This document shows positions 15,273 to 23,781 of a stretch of DNA of 32,271 bases, piece after piece (the stretch's first letter is position 1; every line of letters begins with the position of its first letter). The position numbers and the translations under genes were made by a program. Origin of the DNA: Treponema sp. (GTDB lineage Bacteria > Spirochaetota > Spirochaetia > Treponematales > Breznakiellaceae). The DNA is taken from NCBI GenBank assembly GCA_031254795.1, contig JAIRTS010000148.1, positions 1 to 32,271 on the forward strand. Direction: 5' to 3'. The notes beneath the pieces were generated by a model that worked only from the letters and a program-made list of their open reading frames with translations, ran no database searches and had not been told where the DNA came from.

Positions 15273-17135
15273 ATGGATATTTTTAAAAATACGTCCGATG
15301 ACGCGTCCGCAGACGCGCTTCCCTCGTGGAACCTTGAAGCGATTTACCCGTCTTTTGATTCGCCTGAATACAAGAGGGACATCGCTCTGCTTGAAAAACG
15401 CGCCGCTCTGTTGTTGGAAGCGCTCAAAAGTCCTCCGCCGTTTGACGTGGCTTCCGCAGTGAGCGCGATTCGCGCATGGGAAGACGCCGCGGACACCGCG
15501 GAAACCCTGATGTCCTACGCGGAAGCCGTTTACACAACCGACACCCGCGACAGCAGGGCGCTCGCTGAAATAAACGCCGTTGCGGAGGCGAGGCTGCCGC
15601 TTGGCAAGGCGACGGTCATCCTTAGAAACAAACTCGCTGAAATTGAAGATTGGGAACGGTTGTTCCGCGCGGACAAAACCCTTGCTCCCTACCGGTTTTT
15701 TATTGCCGAAGCTGCGCGCAAAGCCCGGTTTCAAATGACGCCGGAACTGGAAGACCTTGCCAACGATCTCGCGCGATCCGGCGCGGACGCGTGGCAACGC
15801 CTGTATGAGGCGGTTTCTTCCACCGCAGGCGGAGTGTTTGACGGCGCGGGAGATGGCGCGCGAAAAACAGTCGCACAATTACGCGGCATGGCGACGAACA
15901 AGGATCGGCTGGTGCGGGAGAAGGCGTACAAAGCGGAAATAGATGCGTGGCGGAGCGTCGAGATTCCGCTTGCCGCCGCGTTGAACGGGGTAAAAGGCGC
16001 GGCGATTACCTTGGACACGCGGCGGAACTGGCGCAACGCCGCTGGCGAATGCCAGCCTCTGCAAAAAGCGGCGTTTCAGTCGCGCATAAGCGAAAAAACG
16101 CTCGCCTCTCTCATCGCGGCTTTGGAACATTTCCTGCCGTTGTTCCGCAGATATCTTTCGATAAAGGCGAGGGCGCTCAACATCCCGGTGTGCGCGTTCT
16201 ACGATCTTTTTGCGCCTGTCGGCGAAGGGCGGCGATGGACGTTTGACGAGGCGTCCAAATTTATCGTGAACCAATTTTCAGCCTTTGATCCGGCGATGGG
16301 CGCGTTCACGCAAGCTGCTTTTGACGCGCATTGGATAGACGCCGGAATACGGGAAGGCAAGGTAGGCGGCGCGTACTGCGCGGGCTTCCCGCTTGCGGGC
16401 GTTTCCCGAATTCTCTGCAACTTTGACGGCTCTTTCGACAGCGTGAGTACCGTAGCGCATGAGCTTGGACATGCCTGGCACCATGACGTTATCAAGTCCC
16501 TGCCCCGTACGCGGGCGATATATCCTATGACGCTCGCGGAAACCGCAAGCGTCTTTGCGGAAACCATTGTTTTTGAGGGCGCCTATGCAATGGCGGCGTC
16601 CAACGCGGAAAAACTGTTTTTAATAGAAGCGAATCTCAAGGACTGTTGTCAGGTCATTGTCGATATACTATCCCGGTTTTATTTTGAAAAGGCGCTGTTT
16701 GAACGACGAGCCATGGCGGAGCTTTCCCCTGAAGACTTATGCGCTCTTATGATTGACGCGCAAAAGAGAACGTACGGCGCCGGACTCGATGAAAACCTGC
16801 TGCATCCATATATGTGGGCGGTGAAGAGCCACTATTACAGCGCGGATATGGGGTTCTACAATTACCCCTATGCCTTTGGACAGCTTTTTTCACTTGGTTT
16901 ATACGCCGCGTACTCAGAAAACAAACAAGGCTTTGCGGAGAAATACAAAGCCATGCTTGCATTGACCGGCAGCGCGACCGCCGAAGATGTCGCTCGCTCC
17001 ATGGGCTGTGATATTGAAGGCGCGGACTTCTGGCGGAAGAGTCTGAATATATTGGAGAAAAGGGTTGACGAATTTGAAAAGCGCGCGCGCAATAAGGACT
17101 ACGCTCTAAATGAATTGGAGGAACAGTATGAATGA
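15273..17135 (+). CDS. pepF: M3B oligoendopeptidase F family
   Basis: HEXXH zinc motif VAHELGHAWHH and N-terminal LPSWNLEAIYPSFDSPEY, typical of PepF. I prefer the ATG at 15273 (MDIFKN...) over the tracked 15237, although no clear RBS is present. Confidence 0.88.
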   Translation: MDIFKNTSDDASADALPSWNLEAIYPSFDSPEYKRDIALLEKRAALLLEALKSPPPFDVASAVSAIRAWEDAADTAETLMSYAEAVYTTDTRDSRALAEINAVAEARLPLGKATVILRNKLAEIEDWERLFRADKTLAPYRFFIAEAARKARFQMTPELEDLANDLARSGADAWQRLYEAVSSTAGGVFDGAGDGARKTVAQLRGMATNKDRLVREKAYKAEIDAWRSVEIPLAAALNGVKGAAITLDTRRNWRNAAGECQPLQKAAFQSRISEKTLASLIAALEHFLPLFRRYLSIKARALNIPVCAFYDLFAPVGEGRRWTFDEASKFIVNQFSAFDPAMGAFTQAAFDAHWIDAGIREGKVGGAYCAGFPLAGVSRILCNFDGSFDSVSTVAHELGHAWHHDVIKSLPRTRAIYPMTLAETASVFAETIVFEGAYAMAASNAEKLFLIEANLKDCCQVIVDILSRFYFEKALFERRAMAELSPEDLCALMIDAQKRTYGAGLDENLLHPYMWAVKSHYYSADMGFYNYPYAFGQLFSLGLYAAYSENKQGFAEKYKAMLALTGSATAEDVARSMGCDIEGADFWRKSLNILEKRVDEFEKRARNKDYALNELEEQYE

Positions 17136-18195
17136 ATGTGTGGCGGTGTTAGGCGCGGGCGCGTGGGGAACTGCGGTTGCGAAATCAATAGCCGACAAAG
17201 GCGTTGGTGTTGTCATTTGGGGGCTTGAAAGCGGCGTAGTGGAAGACATAAATGAGCGGCGTGTCAATTCGCGATTCTTGCCCGATGTCGGTCTTCCCGA
17301 AACGCTGACTGCGACCACGGATCTGACCGAAGCCGCCGGCAATCGGGAATTTCTTATTCTAGCTTCGCCTTCTCTGTACCTTTTGGATACGGTGAAGAAA
17401 ATTCTTTCCGTCCCGTCAATTCGGGACGGGGAAACGATCATCGCCGTTATCACCAAAGGGTTTCTGGTAAGCCCTAAAGGTCCGCGACTTATCCTTGAAA
17501 TGCTGGAAGACTACCTTCCCGGTTTTTACCAGCATTCCCTTGTGTACATAGCGGGTCCAAGCCACGCCGAAGAGGTTGGCCGCGGCAAGATCACGGGGCT
17601 TATCGCGGCGAGTGAAAGCGCGAAGAATTCGATTCGTTTCAGAAAACTGCTCAAAAGCGAGCGGCTTTTGGTGTTCTCGTCCCTTGACGTCAAGGGCGTC
17701 CAGGTGGCGGCGGCGGCGAAGAACGTCATCGCCATAGCGTTCGGTATGCTTGACGCGCTCAAAACAGGCGTCGATGATGTTGAAAGCGATATGTTTGGCG
17801 ACGGCACCGAATCCCTGCTCCTCGCCGCAGGTCTGAACGAGATACAAGCGCTTGGACACGCAATGGGATCGACCCATCCCGAAACATTCACCTCAATTTC
17901 CGGCGTCGGCGATCTTGACGTCACCTGCCGTTCGATCTGGGGACGGAACCGCAGATTCGGGCGGGAAATCATTGAAAAACGTATTCTTGAACGGTTCAGC
18001 GATTTGGACGATCTGATAAGCCGCATCAAAGAGGTGGGCTATTTGCCGGAAGGCGTCGCCGCCGCCAAACATATAAAAGTTTTGGCGGAAAAATACAGAC
18101 TCAAGATGCCAATAAGCATGGGGCTTCATCAAATTTTGAACAGGGAAATCGAACCCTCGGAATTTTTGAAAAATTTTTTAGACAGCTTGTATTAG
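17128..18195 (+). CDS. gpsA: NAD(P)H-dependent glycerol-3-phosphate dehydrogenase
   Basis: VAVLGAGAWGTAVA Rossmann motif, NSRFLPDV, GPSHAEEV, and GVGDLDVTCRS..GRNRRFG. The ATG at 17128 follows GGAGG and overlaps the pepF stop by 8 nt. Confidence 0.92.
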   Translation: MNECVAVLGAGAWGTAVAKSIADKGVGVVIWGLESGVVEDINERRVNSRFLPDVGLPETLTATTDLTEAAGNREFLILASPSLYLLDTVKKILSVPSIRDGETIIAVITKGFLVSPKGPRLILEMLEDYLPGFYQHSLVYIAGPSHAEEVGRGKITGLIAASESAKNSIRFRKLLKSERLLVFSSLDVKGVQVAAAAKNVIAIAFGMLDALKTGVDDVESDMFGDGTESLLLAAGLNEIQALGHAMGSTHPETFTSISGVGDLDVTCRSIWGRNRRFGREIIEKRILERFSDLDDLISRIKEVGYLPEGVAAAKHIKVLAEKYRLKMPISMGLHQILNREIEPSEFLKNFLDSLY

Positions 18196-18225
18196 AATTA
18201 TCTTAGAACCTTAAAAAAGGAGGAC

Positions 18226-19377
18226 ATGGAAAAAATGCCGTTAGTTTATTCGTTTAACACTTTGTTTGGGTCTTTTCTGGTTATTGTTATTATTTGCATC
18301 GACTATCTCTTCAAATATAATACGGATGCGGTTCAAAGAAAAATTTTTGTTTCTTGTTTGATTATGACGCTTCCGGCGATAGTATGCGACTTCGCCCATC
18401 AGGCGGTGGTGGGACAAAGCGGACAAACCGTACAAATCGCGCTTTATATTATTAATACGGTGTACTATATTTCTCAGGTTGGCGCGATGTACTTAATGGC
18501 TGTTTTTCTTGACTATATCTCTTTCAAAGATATGAAGCGGTTGAAAATAATTATTATGACAGTCGCCGCGATTAACCTTCTCCATATAATCGCGCTTTTG
18601 CTCAACCTGCAATGGGGCTTCTATTTCTTTTTTACGAGCCACAATGAATTTATGTATGGCGACAAGTATTTCATCCGTTTGTTGATAAGCTATTTGCCTT
18701 TTATTATCGATATTGTTGATTTGCTTATATCTTATAAAAATGTTTCAGTCCATCATATTAACCTGGTTTTCATAATCCTTATATTGTCAAGCGCAGGCAA
18801 CACGCTCAGCTTCATAGCGAATAACGCTTCGCTGTTCTGGATATGCTCCACGGCATGCCTTTTGACTCTCTACCTTTTTATCATACGCGCTGAAGCGAAA
18901 TTCGATGTTCTTACCGGCGTCGGCAACAGGGGCATGTTTTACGAATTTATCGACAGGCTGAACAAGCAAAGCGGAGAGCAATCATGGTCGATAGCCCTGC
19001 TTGATATTGACGACTTCAAGTCTATCAACAGCGTCTACGGTCATATTGAGGGCGACAATGTCCTGCGGAATGTTGCGGTCTCCATTAAAGGCTGCATCCG
19101 CGCGTCGGATTTAGTCGTCCGTTATGGAAACGACGAATTTATTCTTGCCGTTCAATCCGAATACGATATCGACAGACTCATTGCGCGTATTCAGCAGGCA
19201 ATATACGATCAGAATGAAAAGAGCGACCGCGCTTATAAACTCAGACTGAGCTACGGGTATGACTCTTTTGTCACCCATTCAGAGCAAAACATCAACGATG
19301 TTCTTATCCACATTGAAAAGCTCATGTGCAGCCAGAAAAATGCGAAGCGGAGGAGCGGAGACAGGAGCGCTGAATGA
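18226..19377 (+). CDS. Polytopic membrane protein with a C-terminal GGDEF domain whose A-site is degenerate (GNDEF).
   Basis: 383 aa with about 6-7 hydrophobic segments followed by DVLTGVGNRGMF...LLDIDDFKSINSVYGHIEGDNVL...RASDLVVRYGNDEF. The RBS is AAGGAGG. Confidence 0.9.
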   Translation: MEKMPLVYSFNTLFGSFLVIVIICIDYLFKYNTDAVQRKIFVSCLIMTLPAIVCDFAHQAVVGQSGQTVQIALYIINTVYYISQVGAMYLMAVFLDYISFKDMKRLKIIIMTVAAINLLHIIALLLNLQWGFYFFFTSHNEFMYGDKYFIRLLISYLPFIIDIVDLLISYKNVSVHHINLVFIILILSSAGNTLSFIANNASLFWICSTACLLTLYLFIIRAEAKFDVLTGVGNRGMFYEFIDRLNKQSGEQSWSIALLDIDDFKSINSVYGHIEGDNVLRNVAVSIKGCIRASDLVVRYGNDEFILAVQSEYDIDRLIARIQQAIYDQNEKSDRAYKLRLSYGYDSFVTHSEQNINDVLIHIEKLMCSQKNAKRRSGDRSAE

Positions 19378-20450
19378 CAACCACAGGTTACATCGGCACG
19401 TATACCCACGACGCAGGCGGGAGAAGCGCGGGCATTTATTCGTTTCTTTTTGACACTGACACCGGCGAGGTGAAAGACCTGCGTATCGCGGCGGAGGCGG
19501 TGAATCCAGAGTTTCTCGTTCTGTCCGCTTCTAAAAAGTTTTTGTACGCGACAAATGAGATCAACGAATTCCAGGGAAAACCTACGGGCGCCGTCTCCGC
19601 TTTTGCGGTGAGCGGGGCGAGGGGAGAAAAGCTCTCCCTTGTCAACCAGGTTTCCAGCGCGGGAAAAAGCCCGTGCCACATCGCCCTTGACAACAGTGAA
19701 GCGTACGCCGTTGTTTCTAATTATCTTGAAGGCTCTATGGCGGTTTTTCCCCTCCATGCGGACGGAAGCATTGGCGAGTGCATCCAAACCGTTCAATTTA
19801 CCGGAAACGGCCCCAATCCGGAGCGGCAGGAATGCCCGCATGGACATTTTTTTATCACACATGAGACGCCGGGCATGAGACAGCCCAACCTCGCGCTTGC
19901 TTGTGATTTAGGCTCGGACAGGATATGGCGGTTCGCCTTTGACAAAAACAGGCGAAAGCCACTGCTTCCGCTTGATCCGCCGTTTTTTCAATCCGCAGCC
20001 GGTTCGGGTCCAAGAGACGCGTTGTTCCACCCCGCAAAGGATGTTGTCTATGTGGCGAATGAGCTTGCCTGCACAGTGGATGTCCTTTCAGGCGAATGCC
20101 TCTTCCTCCTGCAAACCATTCCGGCGCTACCAGCTACGGCCTTCGCCGGCGCTACCGCCGCCGCGATCAAGTTTGGCGCGGACGCCCGGTTTCTTTACGT
20201 GTCAATCCGTGGTTATGACAGCATAGCGTCATTTCGCGTTATGGAAGACGGAGCGCTCAAACCGGAACGGGTTGTTCCGTCCGAAGGCAGAATGCCCCGG
20301 GATTTCGCCGTTGATCCAACCGGCGTCTACTTGCTTGTCTGCCACCAGGAATCGGACAACCTTGTCGTCTTTCATATTGACAGCGAAACCGGCGCTCTGG
20401 AAAAAATCCGCGAATACGAAGCGCTGTCAGGCGTGTGTGTCATCATATGA
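19374..20450 (+). CDS. pgl: 7-bladed beta-propeller lactonase (YbhE/Pgl-type 6-phosphogluconolactonase family)
   Basis: 358 aa with GYIGTYT at the N-terminus, LYATNE, and PRDFAVDPTGVYLLVCHQESDNLVVFHIDSETGAL, typical of this lactonase family. It overlaps the GGDEF gene in an ATGA. Confidence 0.78.
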   Translation: MTTTGYIGTYTHDAGGRSAGIYSFLFDTDTGEVKDLRIAAEAVNPEFLVLSASKKFLYATNEINEFQGKPTGAVSAFAVSGARGEKLSLVNQVSSAGKSPCHIALDNSEAYAVVSNYLEGSMAVFPLHADGSIGECIQTVQFTGNGPNPERQECPHGHFFITHETPGMRQPNLALACDLGSDRIWRFAFDKNRRKPLLPLDPPFFQSAAGSGPRDALFHPAKDVVYVANELACTVDVLSGECLFLLQTIPALPATAFAGATAAAIKFGADARFLYVSIRGYDSIASFRVMEDGALKPERVVPSEGRMPRDFAVDPTGVYLLVCHQESDNLVVFHIDSETGALEKIREYEALSGVCVII

Positions 20451-20641
20451 CACACTGCGCTTATGGCGCCGCGACTGCGGACACCACTTTTTGTGGACGC
20501 CACATTTGTGGGCTGAACAAAGCTCCATAGAAAAAACTAACTACAGGACAAAACGCGGATTGAGGCAGAGGACATATCAAAAGAGAGGATCGCGGTCGCG
20601 CCATTCGCCAACCGACGCCGGAGCGAAAGCCCCCTCCCCTA

Positions 20642-22624
20642 TCAGACGTAACTGCCGCTGACAGCGTGGGCGATCACCCGTTTCAGGGCGTCAATCTCAA
20701 TGGGTTTGGGGATGTGATCGTTCATGCCCGCTTTTTTGCACTCGGCTTTTTCTTCGTTCATTGCGCTCGCGGTCATGGCAATGATGGGAACGGTCGCCGC
20801 GTCGTGTTTCCCGCTGGAGCGGATTCGGCGGGTCGCGTCTAGTCCGTCCATGACAGGCATGCGGACATCCATGAAAATAATCACATAGTCTTTTTCGAGA
20901 AACGCCTTGAGCGCCTCCTCCCCATTGGCGGCGACATCCACGCTCGCGCCAAATTCGCCGAGCAAAGCGGACGCTATCTCTTGATTTATTTCATTATCCT
21001 CAACCAAAAGAAATTGAAGCCCTTTATAAGAGGACGGCTCCACAGTCTGTTTTTCGGTTTCGGCGACGCTTTCGACCGCTTCGCCTTCTTCAATGCCAGC
21101 GGCGCTTTCTTGTACGTCAACATAGAACGAAAAGCGGCTCCCCTTATCCGGCTCGCTTTCCAGCGCGATGCGCCCGTGCATCAACTCAACCAGCGCTTTG
21201 GATATGGAAAGTCCAAGCCCGGTTCCGCCAAATTTGCGGGTTGTGGAGCGTTCCGCTTGAGAAAAAGGTTTGAAAAGGTTTTGTTTCTGTTCGGCGCTCA
21301 TGCCGATGCCCGTATCCTCCACGTCGCAATGCAGACGCAACGTCTGTGAAGAAAGGATTTTGCATGTTATATTCAGCGAAACGGACCCTTTAAGGGTGAA
21401 TTTCACGGAATTTCCAAGCAGGTTGAGCAAAATTTGGGAAATTTTTACGCTGTCGCCATACACCCATTCCGGTACGCTCTCATCCATCGTTACAACGAAC
21501 TCAAGTTGTTTCTCCTCAACACGGGGCGACATCAATTCCTGAATGGTTTCCACCATTTCCTTGGGCTTAAAGTCATGAGGCTCCAGTTCCATTTTGCCGG
21601 CTTCTATTTTTGAGAAATCCAGAATGTCGTTGATGACGCCGAGCAAAATGGCCGCCGACGCTTGTATTTTTTTCAGATAATCATGCTGTTTGCCCGTGGG
21701 GTTGGTCTGCAGCGCCATGCGGGTCATGCCAAGCACACCGTTCATCGGCGTCCGTATCTCGTGGCTCATACGCGCCAGGAAATCCCGCTGCGCTTGATTG
21801 GCTGACTCGGCAAGCGCCAGTTTCTCTTCATCCGCTTTGAGCAAATCATCGGCCATGTTGTTGATGCTTTCGGCGATAAAGCGCAAATTGCCTTTCATCG
21901 GAGGAACCCGCTTATGCAGATCGCTCTTCATGTTCTGTACGCCGTCAATGATCCGGTTGACGTCTACCGCCGACTGCTTGAAAAACAACACTATGAGGGA
22001 AATCGCCCCAATGTAGCAGAACGCCATAAGGATAAATATATTTCTGGAATTGGCGCCGAGCTGCGCGGAAATGTCATTCAGCGACTCGTTTGCGAATATA
22101 TACCCAATAACCTTGCCTTTTCTTTCAATCGGAAACATGGCGTGCATGACGTTCCCTCGCAGGGCGGTGTTTTCGGACGTAATCATGATCTTATTCTCAG
22201 CCATCGACAGCCTTCCCTGATGCCCTTCCGCAATAGGCATACCAACCATGTGTCCGAAATTCGCGGAAGGACCATAGGCGAGCATGGCTTCCAAATACAG
22301 GGAGTAGTACCCTACGCCCAATCCATCGCAGGAATTGCCTACAATATCCGAAATACCTGAAAGCTCCCGGTTTAAAACACGTATTTTTTCATCCCGTCCG
22401 GCGTTTTCCGCTCCCGCTTCCCGCAATATTTCATCATAATCGCGTGAGCCAAGATAGGAGTTTAAAATTTTCACATAGGAAAGGAGCTTGCTCTCTTTCT
22501 CTTTCAAAAAGTTGCTTCGGGCGACATAGACGGCTCCATACCATGTAATTCCGAATAGGACGCTCATCACTATCCACAAAATAAAAGCAACTTTATACCG
22601 TTCCCAAAACCGCGCCACGTTCAT
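20642..22624 (-). CDS. Hybrid sensor histidine kinase with TM-sensor-TM, HisKA, HATPase and receiver domains.
   Basis: 660 aa with H-box MSHEIRTPMNGV, G-box FGGTGLGLSISK, and a C-terminal REC domain (FLLVEDNEINQ...IIFMDVRMPVMDG...KP). Confidence 0.92.
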   Translation of the reverse strand: MNVARFWERYKVAFILWIVMSVLFGITWYGAVYVARSNFLKEKESKLLSYVKILNSYLGSRDYDEILREAGAENAGRDEKIRVLNRELSGISDIVGNSCDGLGVGYYSLYLEAMLAYGPSANFGHMVGMPIAEGHQGRLSMAENKIMITSENTALRGNVMHAMFPIERKGKVIGYIFANESLNDISAQLGANSRNIFILMAFCYIGAISLIVLFFKQSAVDVNRIIDGVQNMKSDLHKRVPPMKGNLRFIAESINNMADDLLKADEEKLALAESANQAQRDFLARMSHEIRTPMNGVLGMTRMALQTNPTGKQHDYLKKIQASAAILLGVINDILDFSKIEAGKMELEPHDFKPKEMVETIQELMSPRVEEKQLEFVVTMDESVPEWVYGDSVKISQILLNLLGNSVKFTLKGSVSLNITCKILSSQTLRLHCDVEDTGIGMSAEQKQNLFKPFSQAERSTTRKFGGTGLGLSISKALVELMHGRIALESEPDKGSRFSFYVDVQESAAGIEEGEAVESVAETEKQTVEPSSYKGLQFLLVEDNEINQEIASALLGEFGASVDVAANGEEALKAFLEKDYVIIFMDVRMPVMDGLDATRRIRSSGKHDAATVPIIAMTASAMNEEKAECKKAGMNDHIPKPIEIDALKRVIAHAVSGSYV

Positions 22625-22666
22625 ATTAGCAACCCTTCATGGTTTAAAAGGGTAGTTATAATGCTC

Positions 22667-22681
22667 GGGGGGGGGGGGGGG
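22667..22681. repeat. Homopolymeric G15 tract (C15 on the coding strand of the histidine kinase).
   Basis: I counted it directly: G at 22667-22681. It lies 43-57 nt upstream of the kinase ATG (22624-22622). On the minus strand it is followed 6 nt later by TATAAC. Confidence 0.95.
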
Positions 22682-22815
22682 TAACTTCCCCTTATTCACT
22701 CTTTGACTTCTCATATACGCCCCTCTATAAAACGGTGAAGTGGAGGGTGTGAAGGCGCCCCGCGCCATTATACCCATTCATCGAATTTCACATACCCAAG
22801 ATATTGCGATTTCGA

Positions 22816-22844
22816 ATTATAATATGCAATTCTTATAATTGCAA
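22816..22844 (-). promoter_or_regulatory. Near-consensus sigma70-type promoter facing the histidine kinase gene.
   Basis: The minus strand reads TTGCAA-N17-TATAAT (TTGCAA = 22844-22839, TATAAT = 22821-16). It sits inside the overlapping AT-rich palindromes AATTATAA/TTATAATT and GCAATT/AATTGC, about 185 nt upstream of the kinase start. Confidence 0.4.
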
Positions 22845-22959
22845 GGGGGAAAAGCGCTTTTTGGAGATACGTGAGGCGGCGCCTGTTTCACACCCGCTTT
22901 TTCCCGCCCCGCCACAGAGCGCGAACCAAAGATTTGCGGCCTTTTGGCGAGGCGTTAAA

Positions 22960-22990
22960 CCCCGCAACGAATAACATGCGGGGCGTTTTG
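22960..22990. terminator. Hairpin 16 nt downstream of the P-II-like gene stop, a probable (bidirectional) intrinsic terminator.
   Basis: Stem CCCCGCA (22960-22966) / TGCGGGG (22977-22983). It is followed by TTT on the minus strand and by CGTTTTG on the plus strand. Confidence 0.45.
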
Positions 22991-22998
22991 CGCGGCTC

Positions 22999-23781
22999 CT
23001 AACCAATATCGTTCAAACTCATCACCTGATCGGCCGGCAGGGAGAACACGATGCCTTCCGCCTTGCTTGAAGCGCCGTACGCCGCGCTCACAGCCTGCAT
23101 GATGCCCACGCTTTTCTCCCTCTCGGTGAGCATGATGATGACTTCCTTTTCATCTTGTATCGAAATTCCAAAAAATTTCTTGGTCTTTTGCGAAGAAAGC
23201 CCGCGCGCGCTTATCACCGTACCGCCCCGCGCTCCGGCGTCACGGGCTGTCTTCATAAATTCATCGCTGTACCCGTTATTCAATATAGAAATAATAACGT
23301 TGTTTTTTATTTCAACCGTTTTCGCTTCCATTTTTTCTCCTTTATCGGTCGTTTTCGTTGACATCCCTTCTTGTTTTTCGTTTTTCTTGCCGGACTCCAC
23401 AATGGCTTGTGTTTTCAAAAAAAGCTCCATGATCGGGGCGTTTATTCCCGAAAGTGGAACCGTAAAGGCTATGCCGGCGCCCGCGCTGCGCACGCCCATT
23501 TTTCGTCGCACTGCCTTGATGATGACAGGCGTTGACGCGCCTTCCACAAGGCACAGAATCAGCGCCTTGTCCGTACTGCCCACGCCGAGAATATCAAGTA
23601 TCTCGGACGTAGCGGTTCCCTTCGCCTTGCTCATAAAAACAAAGTTGGAATAATCTTTCTCGAACACCTCTGAAATCGCCCTGATCTTATCCCAATCTAT
23701 GATGAGAAAAAGCAGTTTAAAAAAACGGCGCGGCGCGGCGCCTTGTTCGTTTTGCGCGCTCTGGTCTTTAGGCATAAACAT
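22999..23781 (-). CDS. Tandem P-II-like (GlnB-fold) signal-transduction protein partnered with the DUF1538 gene.
   Basis: 260 aa made of two P-II-like halves (LLFLIIDWDK...GIAFTVPLSGI and NVIISILNNGY...ARGGTVISARG...GIVFSLPADQV). It overlaps the upstream DUF1538 gene by 14 nt. Confidence 0.75.
   Translation of the reverse strand: MFMPKDQSAQNEQGAAPRRFFKLLFLIIDWDKIRAISEVFEKDYSNFVFMSKAKGTATSEILDILGVGSTDKALILCLVEGASTPVIIKAVRRKMGVRSAGAGIAFTVPLSGINAPIMELFLKTQAIVESGKKNEKQEGMSTKTTDKGEKMEAKTVEIKNNVIISILNNGYSDEFMKTARDAGARGGTVISARGLSSQKTKKFFGISIQDEKEVIIMLTEREKSVGIMQAVSAAYGASSKAEGIVFSLPADQVMSLNDIG

Noticed and set aside
15249-20037. Antisense ORFs inside pepF, gpsA and the lactonase: 15249-15878, 15879-16274, 17526-18029 and 19251-19862.
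   Set aside because: The reasoning is the same: arginine-rich shadow frames that overlap well-supported genes completely.
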